This document shows positions 35,582-44,445 of a DNA stretch of 64,000 nucleotides, in pieces. The stretch is from the NCBI GenBank assembly GCA_030445745.1, contig JASUTE010000001.1:7664-71663 (forward strand), given 5' to 3'. Source of the stretch: Candidatus Cloacimonadota bacterium. Lineage in GTDB: Bacteria > Cloacimonadota > Cloacimonadia > Cloacimonadales > TCS61. How positions within the stretch are numbered: position 1 is the stretch's first letter; each line of letters begins with the position of its first letter. Made by a program: the position numbers and the translations under genes. Under the pieces are notes generated by a model. That model was not told the origin of the DNA. It did not search any database and saw nothing but the letters and a program-made list of their open reading frames with translations.

Positions 35582-35767
35582 TTAAAATCGTTTTATGGAA
35601 AAATTTCTGTTGGAACGCATTTGCACCTGCATGCGGTTGTGCATTATCTGCAAGCGGCTGAAGCGTGACCAGCGGTTTACTTTGGGTTTCTGTTCTTCTT
35701 CTTCCATCATATAGTAGATAGCGCCAAAAATGGCAGCTTTCAGTTTCTTTTTTCTTTCATCGTTCAT
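35582..35767 (-). CDS. Small 61-aa subunit-like protein (OadG/epsilon-like 'AAIxxAI...EEE' motif)
   Basis: The ORF is wedged between the 12S and 5S genes. The sequence 'KLKAAIFGAIYYMMEEEE' resembles the small subunits found in biotin decarboxylase/transcarboxylase operons. An AGGA RBS is present. Confidence 0.4.
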   Translation of the reverse strand: MNDERKKKLKAAIFGAIYYMMEEEEQKPKVNRWSRFSRLQIMHNRMQVQMRSNRNFSIKRF

Positions 35768-35776
35768 AAGAATTTC

Positions 35777-37333
35777 CTAATGCGGGATGTTACCATGTTT
35801 TTTGGGGGGAAGAGCTTCGCTTTTGGTGCAAAGAATTTCCAAAGCATCTATCAAACGGGCCCTGGTTTCGCTGGGTTGAATTATCGCTTCGATATAACCA
35901 CGCTCGGCTGCAATGTAGGGATTATTGAAAGCATCTTCGTATTCTTTTATTTTTTCCTGTCGCATAGCTTCCGGGTCATCTGCTTCTTTTATCTGCTTCC
36001 TATAGCTGGAAACCACATTCACAGCGCCCTGAGCACCCATCACCGCGATCTCGGCTGTAGGCCAGGCAAATATCATGTCGGCACCCAAATGCTGCGAACT
36101 CATGGCAATGTAAGAACCGCCATAGTTCTTGCGGGTTACAACTGTAAGCTTGGGTACAGTTGCTTCCGAATAACTCCACAAAAGTTTAGCCCCATGACGG
36201 ATGATGCCGCCCCATTCCTGTTGCAGTCCTGGCAGATAACCGGGAACATCCACAAAGGTTAACAGCGGAATATTAAAAGCATCGCAGGTACGCACAAAAC
36301 GACTTATTTTATCGGAAGCGTCGATGTCTAAACAACCAGCCAGAACAAGTGGTTGATTACCAACTACTCCTACCACGCGTCCATTCAGCCTGCCAAAACC
36401 GACTATAGCGTTTTCAGCGTAATATTCGTGGGGTTCAAAGAATTCGCCATTATCCAAAATAGCGTGGATTGCGTCTTTCATATCGTAGGGTGCTTTGGGG
36501 TTATCTGGTATCAGTTCGTCCAGTTCCGGACAGCTTCTTTTGGGGTCATCGCCAGGAGGAAGTTTGGGTGGATCTTCCATATTGTTAGCCGGCAGATAGC
36601 TAAGCAGAATTTTTATCTGTTCGATCGCATCTTCATCGCTATCGCAGGCAAAGTGGGCATTACCGCTTTTGGTGTTGTGTACCATAGCGCCGCCCAGCTC
36701 TTCAAAAGTGGTTTTTTCGCCAGTTACGGTTTCTATTACATAGGGGCTGGTAATGAACATGTGGCTTTTCTTTTTCACCATAAAAATAAAGTCTGTCATG
36801 GCCGGCGAATACACAGCTCCACCAGCGCAGGGCCCCATAATTGCCGATATCTGTGGAATAACGCCGGAAGCGCGCGAATTACGGAAGAAAATCTCACCAT
36901 AGCCTTTTAAAGCGTCTATACCTTCTTCCACTCTAGCTCCGCCGGAATCATTCATACCTACTACCGGTACACCGGCTTTTAAAGCTAAATCCATTATCTT
37001 GGTAATCTTAGCAGCGTGACGTTCACCTAAAGAACCTCCGCGTGAAGTGAAATCTTGGGAATAAGCAAAAACAGGACGGCCATTTACCAGTCCGTGCCCT
37101 GTTATCACTCCATCAGAATTAACATCTACTTTGTCCATACCAAAATTAGTAGAGCGGTGATGTGCCAGCATATCGATCTCACGGAATGTGCCTTTATCAA
37201 AAAGTAATTCTATGCGCTCGCGAGCTGTTAGTTTGCCTTTATCGTGCTGTTTCTTAACTCGCTTTTCGCCTCCCATTTCTTTGACTTTTGCTTCACGCTT
37301 TTTCAGCATTTCTAATTTCTCGCTTACTTTCAT
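35777..37333 (-). CDS. Methylmalonyl-CoA carboxyltransferase 12S subunit / propionyl-CoA carboxylase beta-type
   Basis: The 518-aa ORF has acyl-CoA carboxyltransferase motifs throughout ('GKLTARERI', 'MGGSMG-like GGSLGERHAAKI', 'DSGGARVEEGIDAL', 'PGFLPG-like VPGYLPGLQQE'). Confidence 0.9.
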   Translation of the reverse strand: MKVSEKLEMLKKREAKVKEMGGEKRVKKQHDKGKLTARERIELLFDKGTFREIDMLAHHRSTNFGMDKVDVNSDGVITGHGLVNGRPVFAYSQDFTSRGGSLGERHAAKITKIMDLALKAGVPVVGMNDSGGARVEEGIDALKGYGEIFFRNSRASGVIPQISAIMGPCAGGAVYSPAMTDFIFMVKKKSHMFITSPYVIETVTGEKTTFEELGGAMVHNTKSGNAHFACDSDEDAIEQIKILLSYLPANNMEDPPKLPPGDDPKRSCPELDELIPDNPKAPYDMKDAIHAILDNGEFFEPHEYYAENAIVGFGRLNGRVVGVVGNQPLVLAGCLDIDASDKISRFVRTCDAFNIPLLTFVDVPGYLPGLQQEWGGIIRHGAKLLWSYSEATVPKLTVVTRKNYGGSYIAMSSQHLGADMIFAWPTAEIAVMGAQGAVNVVSSYRKQIKEADDPEAMRQEKIKEYEDAFNNPYIAAERGYIEAIIQPSETRARLIDALEILCTKSEALPPKKHGNIPH

Positions 37334-37440
37334 ATTAACTCCTGAAAAAGTGTTTTTTATAAAATGTAAATCTGATAATTTATAGTTTAAATGTAAAGGA
37401 AAAAGATTTGTATTTTGGGGAAAAAGGTATTTGGAAGTTG

Positions 37441-37940
37441 CTACGGCAGGAGTTTTTCAGGTTTTGCTGCTAACTTAATCTGCCGTAGTTATTAACGAAA
37501 GTGGAAGGCTCTAAATTATAGTACCGAATGTTTACACCTTCTATAGAATTACGGCTACACAAGTTGTCGATCTGCCAAGAATCCCGATAATTATCGGGGA
37601 CGGGCTTTATGTAGATGCTGTCATCCTGAGGCTTCTTCCGAACTCATTCGACGAAGAATCTAAATTAAAACACCAATGTTAAATTTGAAACTTCTATTCT
37701 TACATTGAGATCTCTCGACTCCACTTCGTTCCGCTCGAGATGACAATTTTTTTGTCATTTCGACTGGAAGTAGCGAAGCTACTGGAATGGAGAAATCTCT
37801 TCTTTTACCTGAACTCCTAAGAGATCTGTGCCAGAGGACGCATAAGTACGCTGTAAGCAGATTGCTTCACTCATAAGAGGTTCGCGAAGACGGTTCTTTT
37901 TCATCTACAAATGGGTCATTTACGCGAAAGCGGAATGGAT
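37441..37940. repeat. Cluster of degenerate 'TGTCAT(Y)n...CGAAG...GAxATCT' intergenic repeat units and palindromes
   Basis: Five repeat units are present. Unit A (+) is 37619-37660. Unit B (-) is 37707-37745. Unit C (+) is 37753-37799; B and C face each other across ATTTTTT. Unit D (-) is 37859-37891. Unit E (+) is 37915-37940. There is also a 9-bp stem CTACGGCAG/CTGCCGTAG (37441-37449 / 37490-37498) and a 16-nt perfect palindrome CCCGATAATTATCGGG (37583-37598). No ORF is present. Confidence 0.7.
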
Positions 37941-38002
37941 ATAAAAAAGCCGACTACCATAAAGGCAGCCGACTTTGTGGGGTTTGTGGGAGGAATCCTT
38001 AG

Positions 38003-38332
38003 TTATTTACAAAAATATGTTTGTAAGTCCCAACTGTAAAATGTTATCAATTCATTTTTATTCCGTGCTTTTTGGTTGGAAAGATTGCGGATATATTCGG
38101 TGATCAGCTCATCAGTAGTTGGCTGCCAGTTCAAATCCGTGCTTGTTCCAATGAAAAATCTCCATTTTGCTACCAAACTTATCATCCCATCTTTGCCGAA
38201 AGCATCTTCCAAACTGTTGGCAGATTTTATATTCATGATTTTATTTTCCAAAGCTAATTTACGGCATTTTTGCTGATCTACAACTTGGCTAGATAACAAT
38301 GTAGTAAAGAGTAGAAATGTGTGAGAAAACAT
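38003..38332 (-). CDS. Hypothetical 109-aa protein
   Basis: The ORF lies 13 nt downstream of the TetR gene on the same strand, with a hydrophobic N-terminus. No motifs are recognised. Confidence 0.3.
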   Translation of the reverse strand: MFSHTFLLFTTLLSSQVVDQQKCRKLALENKIMNIKSANSLEDAFGKDGMISLVAKWRFFIGTSTDLNWQPTTDELITEYIRNLSNQKARNKNELITFYSWDLQTYFCK

Positions 38333-38345
38333 AATCTTCTCATGA

Positions 38346-38951
38346 CTAATTTACTCCAATTCCATGGTTTACAATATCTACAATCTGTTCTTTTTTCTCT
38401 TGCAGGGAAAACTTTTGGTTACGGGTAGACCACTCGGTAAGCAAAAAGTCCATTGTTCCAAAAATAAGGTAGCTTAAGGCAACTGTGTCTACCTTGCGGA
38501 TATCTCCTTCAGCAATAGCTTCATCGGCCAGGTTTTTCAGGTAATCCAGATATTTTTTTAGGGGTTCATAATCTGGGTAAGATTTATAAAAATCGGGACT
38601 TTGACGTAGTTCTATAGCTAGGAAACGCGCTACAGCTTGTTTTTCTGTAAAAAGCTCAATATGGTAGTCGAAAAATTTCAGAAGCTTATCTTTTGCGCTT
38701 GCTTCATGTTCTATTCTGTTTTGAATATTAACCAGTTTTTCTCCGATCAGATCTTCAAATGCATTTATTAGCAGATCATCTTTATTTTTAAAATAAAGGT
38801 AAACTGTACCGTCTGCCACGCCAGCTGCTTTAGCAATTTGTGAAATTTTTGTCTTGTGAAAACCTCTCCGAGAAAAAAATTCAATCGCAGCTTCAATAAT
38901 GGCCTTCCGCTTGTTTAATTGCTCAGGTGACATTTTTTTGTTTCTTTTCAT
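38346..38951 (-). CDS. TetR/AcrR-family transcriptional regulator
   Basis: The N-terminal HTH is 'AIIEAAIEFFSRRGFHKTKISQIAKAAGVADGTVYLYFKNKDDLL'. Confidence 0.88.
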   Translation of the reverse strand: MKRNKKMSPEQLNKRKAIIEAAIEFFSRRGFHKTKISQIAKAAGVADGTVYLYFKNKDDLLINAFEDLIGEKLVNIQNRIEHEASAKDKLLKFFDYHIELFTEKQAVARFLAIELRQSPDFYKSYPDYEPLKKYLDYLKNLADEAIAEGDIRKVDTVALSYLIFGTMDFLLTEWSTRNQKFSLQEKKEQIVDIVNHGIGVN

Positions 38952-38969
38952 TTTAATAAAACAAAATAT

Positions 38970-38985
38970 GAATGAGTGCTCATTC
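38970..38985. promoter_or_regulatory. Perfect 16-nt palindrome GAATGAGTGCTCATTC (candidate TetR operator)
   Basis: The palindrome has 7-bp arms and a 2-nt centre. It lies 19 nt upstream of the TetR start, in the divergent spacer shared with the flavoenzyme operon. Confidence 0.5.
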
Positions 38986-39155
38986 TGTCAATAAAAATAT
39001 ATGAGTCTCGGTTCAAAATTATTACTGTTTCTAACCTTGAAGTTGATTCATAATAAGAAAAAGGGTTTTTTCTTGACATAAGCAATTCCTTAAAAAATCT
39101 AAGATAATTTAAAATAGTTATAAAGTAATAAATATAGATGAATAGGAGTAGCCGC

Positions 39156-41222
39156 ATGAAAGATAACCGAATAAAACAGCATCCCATCTTAGATGTGAAG
39201 GAACAACCTACAATTACTTTTTATTGGAACAAACAGCCGTACCAAGCCCAAAAAGGTGAAGTTATTGCTTCGGCGCTGTTTGCGAACGGAATTCGTGTTT
39301 TTGGACATCACCACAAGGATGGTTCTGCTCAGGGCATTTTTTGTGCCAACGGGCAATGTGCTAAATGCACTGTAATAGCCAATGGAGTTCCGGTAAAATC
39401 TTGTATGACACCTGTTAAAGAAAATATGAGGGTGGAAAGTGTGGAAGGTTTACCACAGCTCCCCGAGGTACAGGAGCGGCCCAATATAGCCGATATCGAA
39501 GAGAAAGATGTAGATGTGCTTATCATCGGTGGAGGACCTGCTGGGCTTTCTGCTGCTTTGCAAATTAAAAAACAAAGTGTATTGCTTATAGACGATAAAG
39601 CAAAACTTGGGGGCAAGTTAGTGCTGCAGACTCATAAGTTTTTTGGCTCTGTGGAAGATTCTCATGCTGGAACGCGCGGAAACCAGATTGGGCAGATACT
39701 GGCAGCAGAGGTGGAAAAACAAAAAAATGTGGAAACGTGGGTCAATAGTACTGCACTTTATGTTTTCTACGATAAAAAAGTGGGAATTTTAAAGGACGAC
39801 ACATATAAGTTGGTTAAACCAAAGGTTATTTTGAATACTGCTGGAGCCAGAGAGAAGTTCCTGAAATTCCCAGGCAATAAATTGGCTGGAATTTATGGAG
39901 CAGGCGCTTTCCAAACTCTGGTAAACCGAGATTTAGTACGACCTACCAAGCGTTTATTTATTGTTGGTGGCGGAAATGTAGGACTTATTGCTGGCTATCA
40001 TGCACTGCAAGCAGGTATCGAAGTGGTAGGTCTGGTGGAAGCCATGCCGCGTTGTGGCGGCTATAAAGTTCATGCCGATAAATTACGCCGCTTGGGCGTT
40101 CCTATTTATACTTCCCATACAGTAGCTTCGGCAAATGGCGAAGAAACCATAGAAAGCGTTACTATTGCCCAGATAGATGAAAACTTTAATATTATAAAAG
40201 GAACTGAAAAAACATTTGAATGTGATACATTACTAATTGCAGTAGGTCTGGAACCGGTTAACGAATTTGCTTTTGAAGCTGAGAAAGCAGGTATTCCGGT
40301 TTTTTCGGCAGGCGATGCCTTGGAGATTGCAGAAGCATCTTCGGCTATGTTCAATGGGAAAATAGCTGGGTTGCGGGTAGCTCAGTCTTTTGGAAATGAA
40401 GTGAAAAACATACCAGACAGCTGGTACGAAAAAGCAGAGATCCTAAAATCTCACCCTGGCCCGATATACGATTATGACCTTCCTAGAGAAGAAACAGGCG
40501 TGATGCCGATAATTCACTGTTTGCAAGAAATTCCCTGTAATCCCTGTACCACCATTTGTCCCACCAATTCTATTCGAATAAAGCAAGAAAACCTGATGGG
40601 AATTCCTAAATATGTAGGAGGGTGCATAGGGTGTGGAAAATGTGTGGCTATTTGCCCGGGTTTGGCAATTACTCTGGTCGATTATCGCCAGGAGAGCAAA
40701 AATCCTATCGTTACAGTGCCTTATGAAGTAATGAATCACCAGGTTAAGGTGGGTGATACGGTTCCAGCTGTGGATATAAACGGGGATTTTCTGGCCGATT
40801 TGGAAGTGGTTAAGATAACTCCGATGAAAAATAATAAGACAAATTTAATTAGGTTGAAAAGTCCCAAAGAGATAGCAAAAAAGATAGTCTCTTTCCGCAT
40901 TCAAGAAGCAGAGGTAAGCAAACCGTTGTCTCAAGAAGTGAAATTGCAAGATGAAGAGATGGTATGCCTTTGCGAAAGAGTATCTGCGGGAGAAGTTAGA
41001 AAGCTGATAAAGCAAGGTATTACCGACCTGAACCAGATAAAGGCAATCACCAGAGCAGGGATGGGTCCTTGCGGTAGTAAAACTTGCGATAATTTGTTGA
41101 AACAATTAATGCGCCAGGAAGGAATTCCTTTTGATGAGATAGTGGAAAATGTGCGTCGACCCGTTTTTGTAGAGGTACCACTGGGTAAATTTGCCGACGG
41201 CGAGCAAGGGGGCAAAAAATGA
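39156..41222 (+). CDS. Multidomain FAD/NAD(P) oxidoreductase, SoxA/HcnB/proline-dehydrogenase-alpha-like, with [2Fe-2S], 2x[4Fe-4S] and BFD-like domains
   Basis: The ATG at 39156 lies 7 nt after AGGAG. The N-terminal motif is 'FCANGQCAKCTVIANG'. The dinucleotide folds are 'VLIIGGGPAGLSAAL' and 'FIVGGGNVGLIAGY'. The ferredoxin motifs are 'CNPCTTICP' and 'CIGCGKCVAICP'. The C-terminal 'CLCERVSAGEV...GMGPCGSKTC' is BFD-like. Confidence 0.75.
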   Translation: MKDNRIKQHPILDVKEQPTITFYWNKQPYQAQKGEVIASALFANGIRVFGHHHKDGSAQGIFCANGQCAKCTVIANGVPVKSCMTPVKENMRVESVEGLPQLPEVQERPNIADIEEKDVDVLIIGGGPAGLSAALQIKKQSVLLIDDKAKLGGKLVLQTHKFFGSVEDSHAGTRGNQIGQILAAEVEKQKNVETWVNSTALYVFYDKKVGILKDDTYKLVKPKVILNTAGAREKFLKFPGNKLAGIYGAGAFQTLVNRDLVRPTKRLFIVGGGNVGLIAGYHALQAGIEVVGLVEAMPRCGGYKVHADKLRRLGVPIYTSHTVASANGEETIESVTIAQIDENFNIIKGTEKTFECDTLLIAVGLEPVNEFAFEAEKAGIPVFSAGDALEIAEASSAMFNGKIAGLRVAQSFGNEVKNIPDSWYEKAEILKSHPGPIYDYDLPREETGVMPIIHCLQEIPCNPCTTICPTNSIRIKQENLMGIPKYVGGCIGCGKCVAICPGLAITLVDYRQESKNPIVTVPYEVMNHQVKVGDTVPAVDINGDFLADLEVVKITPMKNNKTNLIRLKSPKEIAKKIVSFRIQEAEVSKPLSQEVKLQDEEMVCLCERVSAGEVRKLIKQGITDLNQIKAITRAGMGPCGSKTCDNLLKQLMRQEGIPFDEIVENVRRPVFVEVPLGKFADGEQGGKK

Positions 41223-42373
41223 AACAGAATTACGATGTAATTATTATTGGTGCAGGTTCTGTAGGTGTGCCTACAGCTTTAGCTTTAGCTAAGAATAACA
41301 TTGAGGTTTTAGTAATTGATGAATTAGCCTCAGTTGGACAAGGTAACAACAAAAAAGCTATAGGCGGTATTCGGGCTACTCATTCCGATTATGGTAAAAT
41401 TAAAATTGGTCAGCGTAGTTTGGAAATCTTTTCCAATTGGGAAAAAGAGTATGGCGATGATATTGGCTGGCAGCAAAATGGATATTCTTACCCAGCTTAC
41501 ACTGAAAAAGATGAAAAAATGCTGAAAGACCTGATGAAGATACAGAGATCTTTTGGTTTGAATATAGAGTGGCTTTCTCCGGAAAAATATAATAAACTGG
41601 TACCAGGAATTAATATGGAAAGTTTACGCGGCTCCACCTTTTCACCTGAAGATGGCTCTGCTTCACCCCTGTTAGCGATAAATTCTTTTTATTTTAAAAG
41701 CAAAGAACTAGGTGCGGACTATCATTTTGGGGAAAAGGTGCTAGATATTGCTACCCAAAATGAAAAAGTAGTAGGCGTACGAACAGATTGTGGAAAATAT
41801 AGTTGTAAATATGTAGTAAATGCAGCAGGAAACTTTGCTAAAGAGATCGGGAAAATGGTAAATTTAGATCTGCCAGTTCAGCCTGATTGCCATGAAGCAG
41901 CCATTACCGAGCCGGTTAAACCTTTTTTCCAGCCTATGGTTGTGGATATGCGGCCGGCAGCAGATTCAGCAAATTATTATTTCTATCAGAATAATGAAGG
42001 ACAGGTAGTATTCTGCATTACTCCTGATCCACCAATATTGGGAACTTGCAATGAATCTACTTCCCATTTTTTCCCACAAGTAGCTAAAAGAATGGTTGGT
42101 TTATATCCCCGTTTGGCTAATTTAAAGGTAAGGAGAGCATGGCGAGGACAATATCCTATGACTCCTGATGGTTTTCCAATTGTGGGTACGGTTCAACAGT
42201 TGGAAGGTTATATAAATGCTGTGGGAATGTGCGGACAAGGTTTTATGCTAGGGCCAGGCTTAGGAGAGCTTATCAGCAGAATAATAAGTGACAGTAAGAA
42301 TTTAGATGACGATAAAATATTGGAGAGTTTCGATATAAACAGAGATTTCAGCGGAACTGAAAAGTTCAAATAA
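41219..42373 (+). CDS. FAD-dependent oxidoreductase (DAO family; sarcosine oxidase beta / L-proline dehydrogenase beta-like)
   Basis: The Rossmann motif is 'YDVIIIGAGSVGVPTALALAK' in a 384-aa product. It overlaps the upstream gene by 4 nt. Confidence 0.8.
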   Translation: MKQNYDVIIIGAGSVGVPTALALAKNNIEVLVIDELASVGQGNNKKAIGGIRATHSDYGKIKIGQRSLEIFSNWEKEYGDDIGWQQNGYSYPAYTEKDEKMLKDLMKIQRSFGLNIEWLSPEKYNKLVPGINMESLRGSTFSPEDGSASPLLAINSFYFKSKELGADYHFGEKVLDIATQNEKVVGVRTDCGKYSCKYVVNAAGNFAKEIGKMVNLDLPVQPDCHEAAITEPVKPFFQPMVVDMRPAADSANYYFYQNNEGQVVFCITPDPPILGTCNESTSHFFPQVAKRMVGLYPRLANLKVRRAWRGQYPMTPDGFPIVGTVQQLEGYINAVGMCGQGFMLGPGLGELISRIISDSKNLDDDKILESFDINRDFSGTEKFK

Positions 42374-42374
42374 T

Positions 42375-43499
42375 ATGCAAGTTCTAATTGAAAAAATAGC
42401 AAGCTACGATTATGACAAGATACGACGATTTTTAGAGAGCGTAGCTTCCCAAACTGCTCTTTGGCAAAGGTTGGAAGGGAAAAAACGCATCTTGCTGAAA
42501 CCGAATATGCTAGGAGCTTATGAACCAGAGAGAGCTGTTACCACTCATCCTGTAGTATTAGAAGTGCTCATCGATATGTTGCGGGAAAAAGATAAAGAGG
42601 TGATTGTGGGGGATAGCCCCGGCGGTACTACTTCTGTGGAGCAAGTTTACCAAAAAACCGGCTTAAAAGAACTAACAGAACGGAAACAGGTTCAATTGGT
42701 AAATTTTAGTGAATACGGGGTAGTGAATAAACAAACACAGCATCATAACTTTGGAATTTCCAAATATATTTTTGAAGTTGATGCTGTTATAAATGTAGCG
42801 AAGTACAAAACCCATAGCTTGATGTATTATACAGGTGCTGTGAAAAATATCTATGGTACAATTCCAGGACTGAAAAAATCGGATTATCACAAACAAAATC
42901 CGGAACTGGAAAAATTTTCTACATTAATTACCGAGCTCTATTTGGCAGTAAAACCGCAAATTGCTTTGAATATAGTAGATGGAATTATTGGTATGGAAGG
43001 AGAGGGCCCTTCCGCAGGTGAAGTGCGCAGGTTCAAAGTTATGTTTGCTTCGCTTTCGGCTGGAGCTTTAGATACTGTTGCAGCTCAAATGATGGGTTTT
43101 AAAAAGGAACAGCTAAAATATATTGAAAAAGTACTGCAGGCGGAAGGAATTAGCGAAGAAGAAATTCAGCTGGAAAAGCGCTGGCGAAGCTTCCAATTTA
43201 AAAAAGTGAAGATAAAAAGGGTGAGTATATTTATAAAAATCCTTGCCTATTCTCCACCAGTTTTGAAAAATATCTTTCGTAAGTTATATAATTATTATCC
43301 TGCTTTCAACGATAATTGCAGGCTGTGTAAAGTGTGTGTGGAAAGTTGTCCGGTGCAAGCGATTACAATAAAAGAAGGTGCATCTAAACCGGAAATAGAT
43401 TATGAGAAATGTATAAAATGTATGTGTTGTCATGAGCTTTGTCCTTATCAGGTAGTGTATATTAAAAAAAGCTGGTTAGCAAAGTTTTTGATACATTAA
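42375..43499 (+). CDS. DUF362-domain protein with C-terminal 2x[4Fe-4S] ferredoxin domain
   Basis: The start 'ILLKPNMLGAY.PERAVTTHPVVLEVLIDML' is DUF362-like. The C-terminal motifs are 'CRLCKVCVESCP' and 'CIKCMCCHELCP'. Confidence 0.7.
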   Translation: MQVLIEKIASYDYDKIRRFLESVASQTALWQRLEGKKRILLKPNMLGAYEPERAVTTHPVVLEVLIDMLREKDKEVIVGDSPGGTTSVEQVYQKTGLKELTERKQVQLVNFSEYGVVNKQTQHHNFGISKYIFEVDAVINVAKYKTHSLMYYTGAVKNIYGTIPGLKKSDYHKQNPELEKFSTLITELYLAVKPQIALNIVDGIIGMEGEGPSAGEVRRFKVMFASLSAGALDTVAAQMMGFKKEQLKYIEKVLQAEGISEEEIQLEKRWRSFQFKKVKIKRVSIFIKILAYSPPVLKNIFRKLYNYYPAFNDNCRLCKVCVESCPVQAITIKEGASKPEIDYEKCIKCMCCHELCPYQVVYIKKSWLAKFLIH

Positions 43500-43514
43500 A
43501 GTTAGGAGGGATAT

Positions 43515-44150
43515 ATGATTAATATTGAGTGGTTTGGCCACAGTATGTGGAAAATCTGGGATGAAAGTGTTAGCATAGTTATCGATCCTTTCGGTGATAT
43601 CGGCTATGACATGCCCCAGAATTTATCTGCAGATATATTACTGGTTACTCATCCTCACCACGACCATTCCAACATCTCTTTAATTAAAGGTGATCCTAAA
43701 TTAATAGCCGTTGATGGTAAATACAAGGTAAAAGGAGTGCCGATAGAGACTTTCCCGGTATGGCATGATGAGGAAAAAGGTAAACAGCGCGGGCAGAACT
43801 TGCTAATGAAATTTGAATTAGCAGGGAAAAAACTGCTACATTGTGGAGATTTGGGGCATATGTTATCTGATGAACTCATTACCAAAATAGGAAAGATAGA
43901 TGTATTGTTTATTCCAGTTGGAGGCAAATTTACTATAGATGCTAAAACTGGTTATAAAATTTGCCAGCGATTGCAGCCCAAACTAATTTTTCCTATGCAT
44001 TATAATACCAAAGCTTTAGATTTTGAATTAGATGAGGTGGACAACTTTACCCAATATTTCCAAAATATAGTTCGCACAAAAAGTAAAAAAATAAAATTAA
44101 GAGAAGAGGATTTTTCTGAGCAGAGAATAGTATTGATGAACTATGAATAG
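43515..44150 (+). CDS. MBL-fold metal-dependent hydrolase (UPF0173-like)
   Basis: The motif 'LLVTHPHHDHSN' is present in a 211-aa product. Confidence 0.75.
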   Translation: MINIEWFGHSMWKIWDESVSIVIDPFGDIGYDMPQNLSADILLVTHPHHDHSNISLIKGDPKLIAVDGKYKVKGVPIETFPVWHDEEKGKQRGQNLLMKFELAGKKLLHCGDLGHMLSDELITKIGKIDVLFIPVGGKFTIDAKTGYKICQRLQPKLIFPMHYNTKALDFELDEVDNFTQYFQNIVRTKSKKIKLREEDFSEQRIVLMNYE

Positions 44151-44445
44151 GAAAAAAGTATTCAATCTATTTTTTTACCTTATTGTGGCGACTATAATAG
44201 TTTATATTTTATTTTTAGGTCCTTTTAGTTTTTACCAAAAGTATCAGGTAAAACAGCGTTACGAGAGGCTTCAGGAGAATTACTCGGAGCTAGAAGAAGA
44301 GAACGAAAGGCTGAAAAAAGAGAATGAAGCCTTGAAAAACGATGAAAAAGTTATCGAAAAAAAAGCTAGGGAATTTGGAATGCAGAAAGCAGGCGAGGAG
44401 ATATTTATATTTCAGGAGGAAGATGGGAAAAGTGATAAAAATTGA
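44143..44445 (+). CDS. Septum formation initiator (FtsB/DivIC family)
   Basis: The 100-aa ORF has an N-terminal TM helix followed by a leucine-zipper-like coiled coil ('LQENYSELEEENERLKKENEALKND'). Confidence 0.65.
   Translation: MNRKKVFNLFFYLIVATIIVYILFLGPFSFYQKYQVKQRYERLQENYSELEEENERLKKENEALKNDEKVIEKKAREFGMQKAGEEIFIFQEEDGKSDKN

Noticed and set aside
33615-37385. Multiple 60-185-aa plus-strand ORFs lie across the carboxyltransferase operon.
   Set aside because: All are antisense to strongly recognisable 12S and 5S/BCCP genes, and none has an RBS or motif.
38948-39187. A 79-aa minus-strand ORF covers the TetR/flavoenzyme divergent spacer.
   Set aside because: It occupies promoter/operator DNA between two well-supported divergent genes and overlaps both start regions. 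Its translation is low-complexity, with no RBS.
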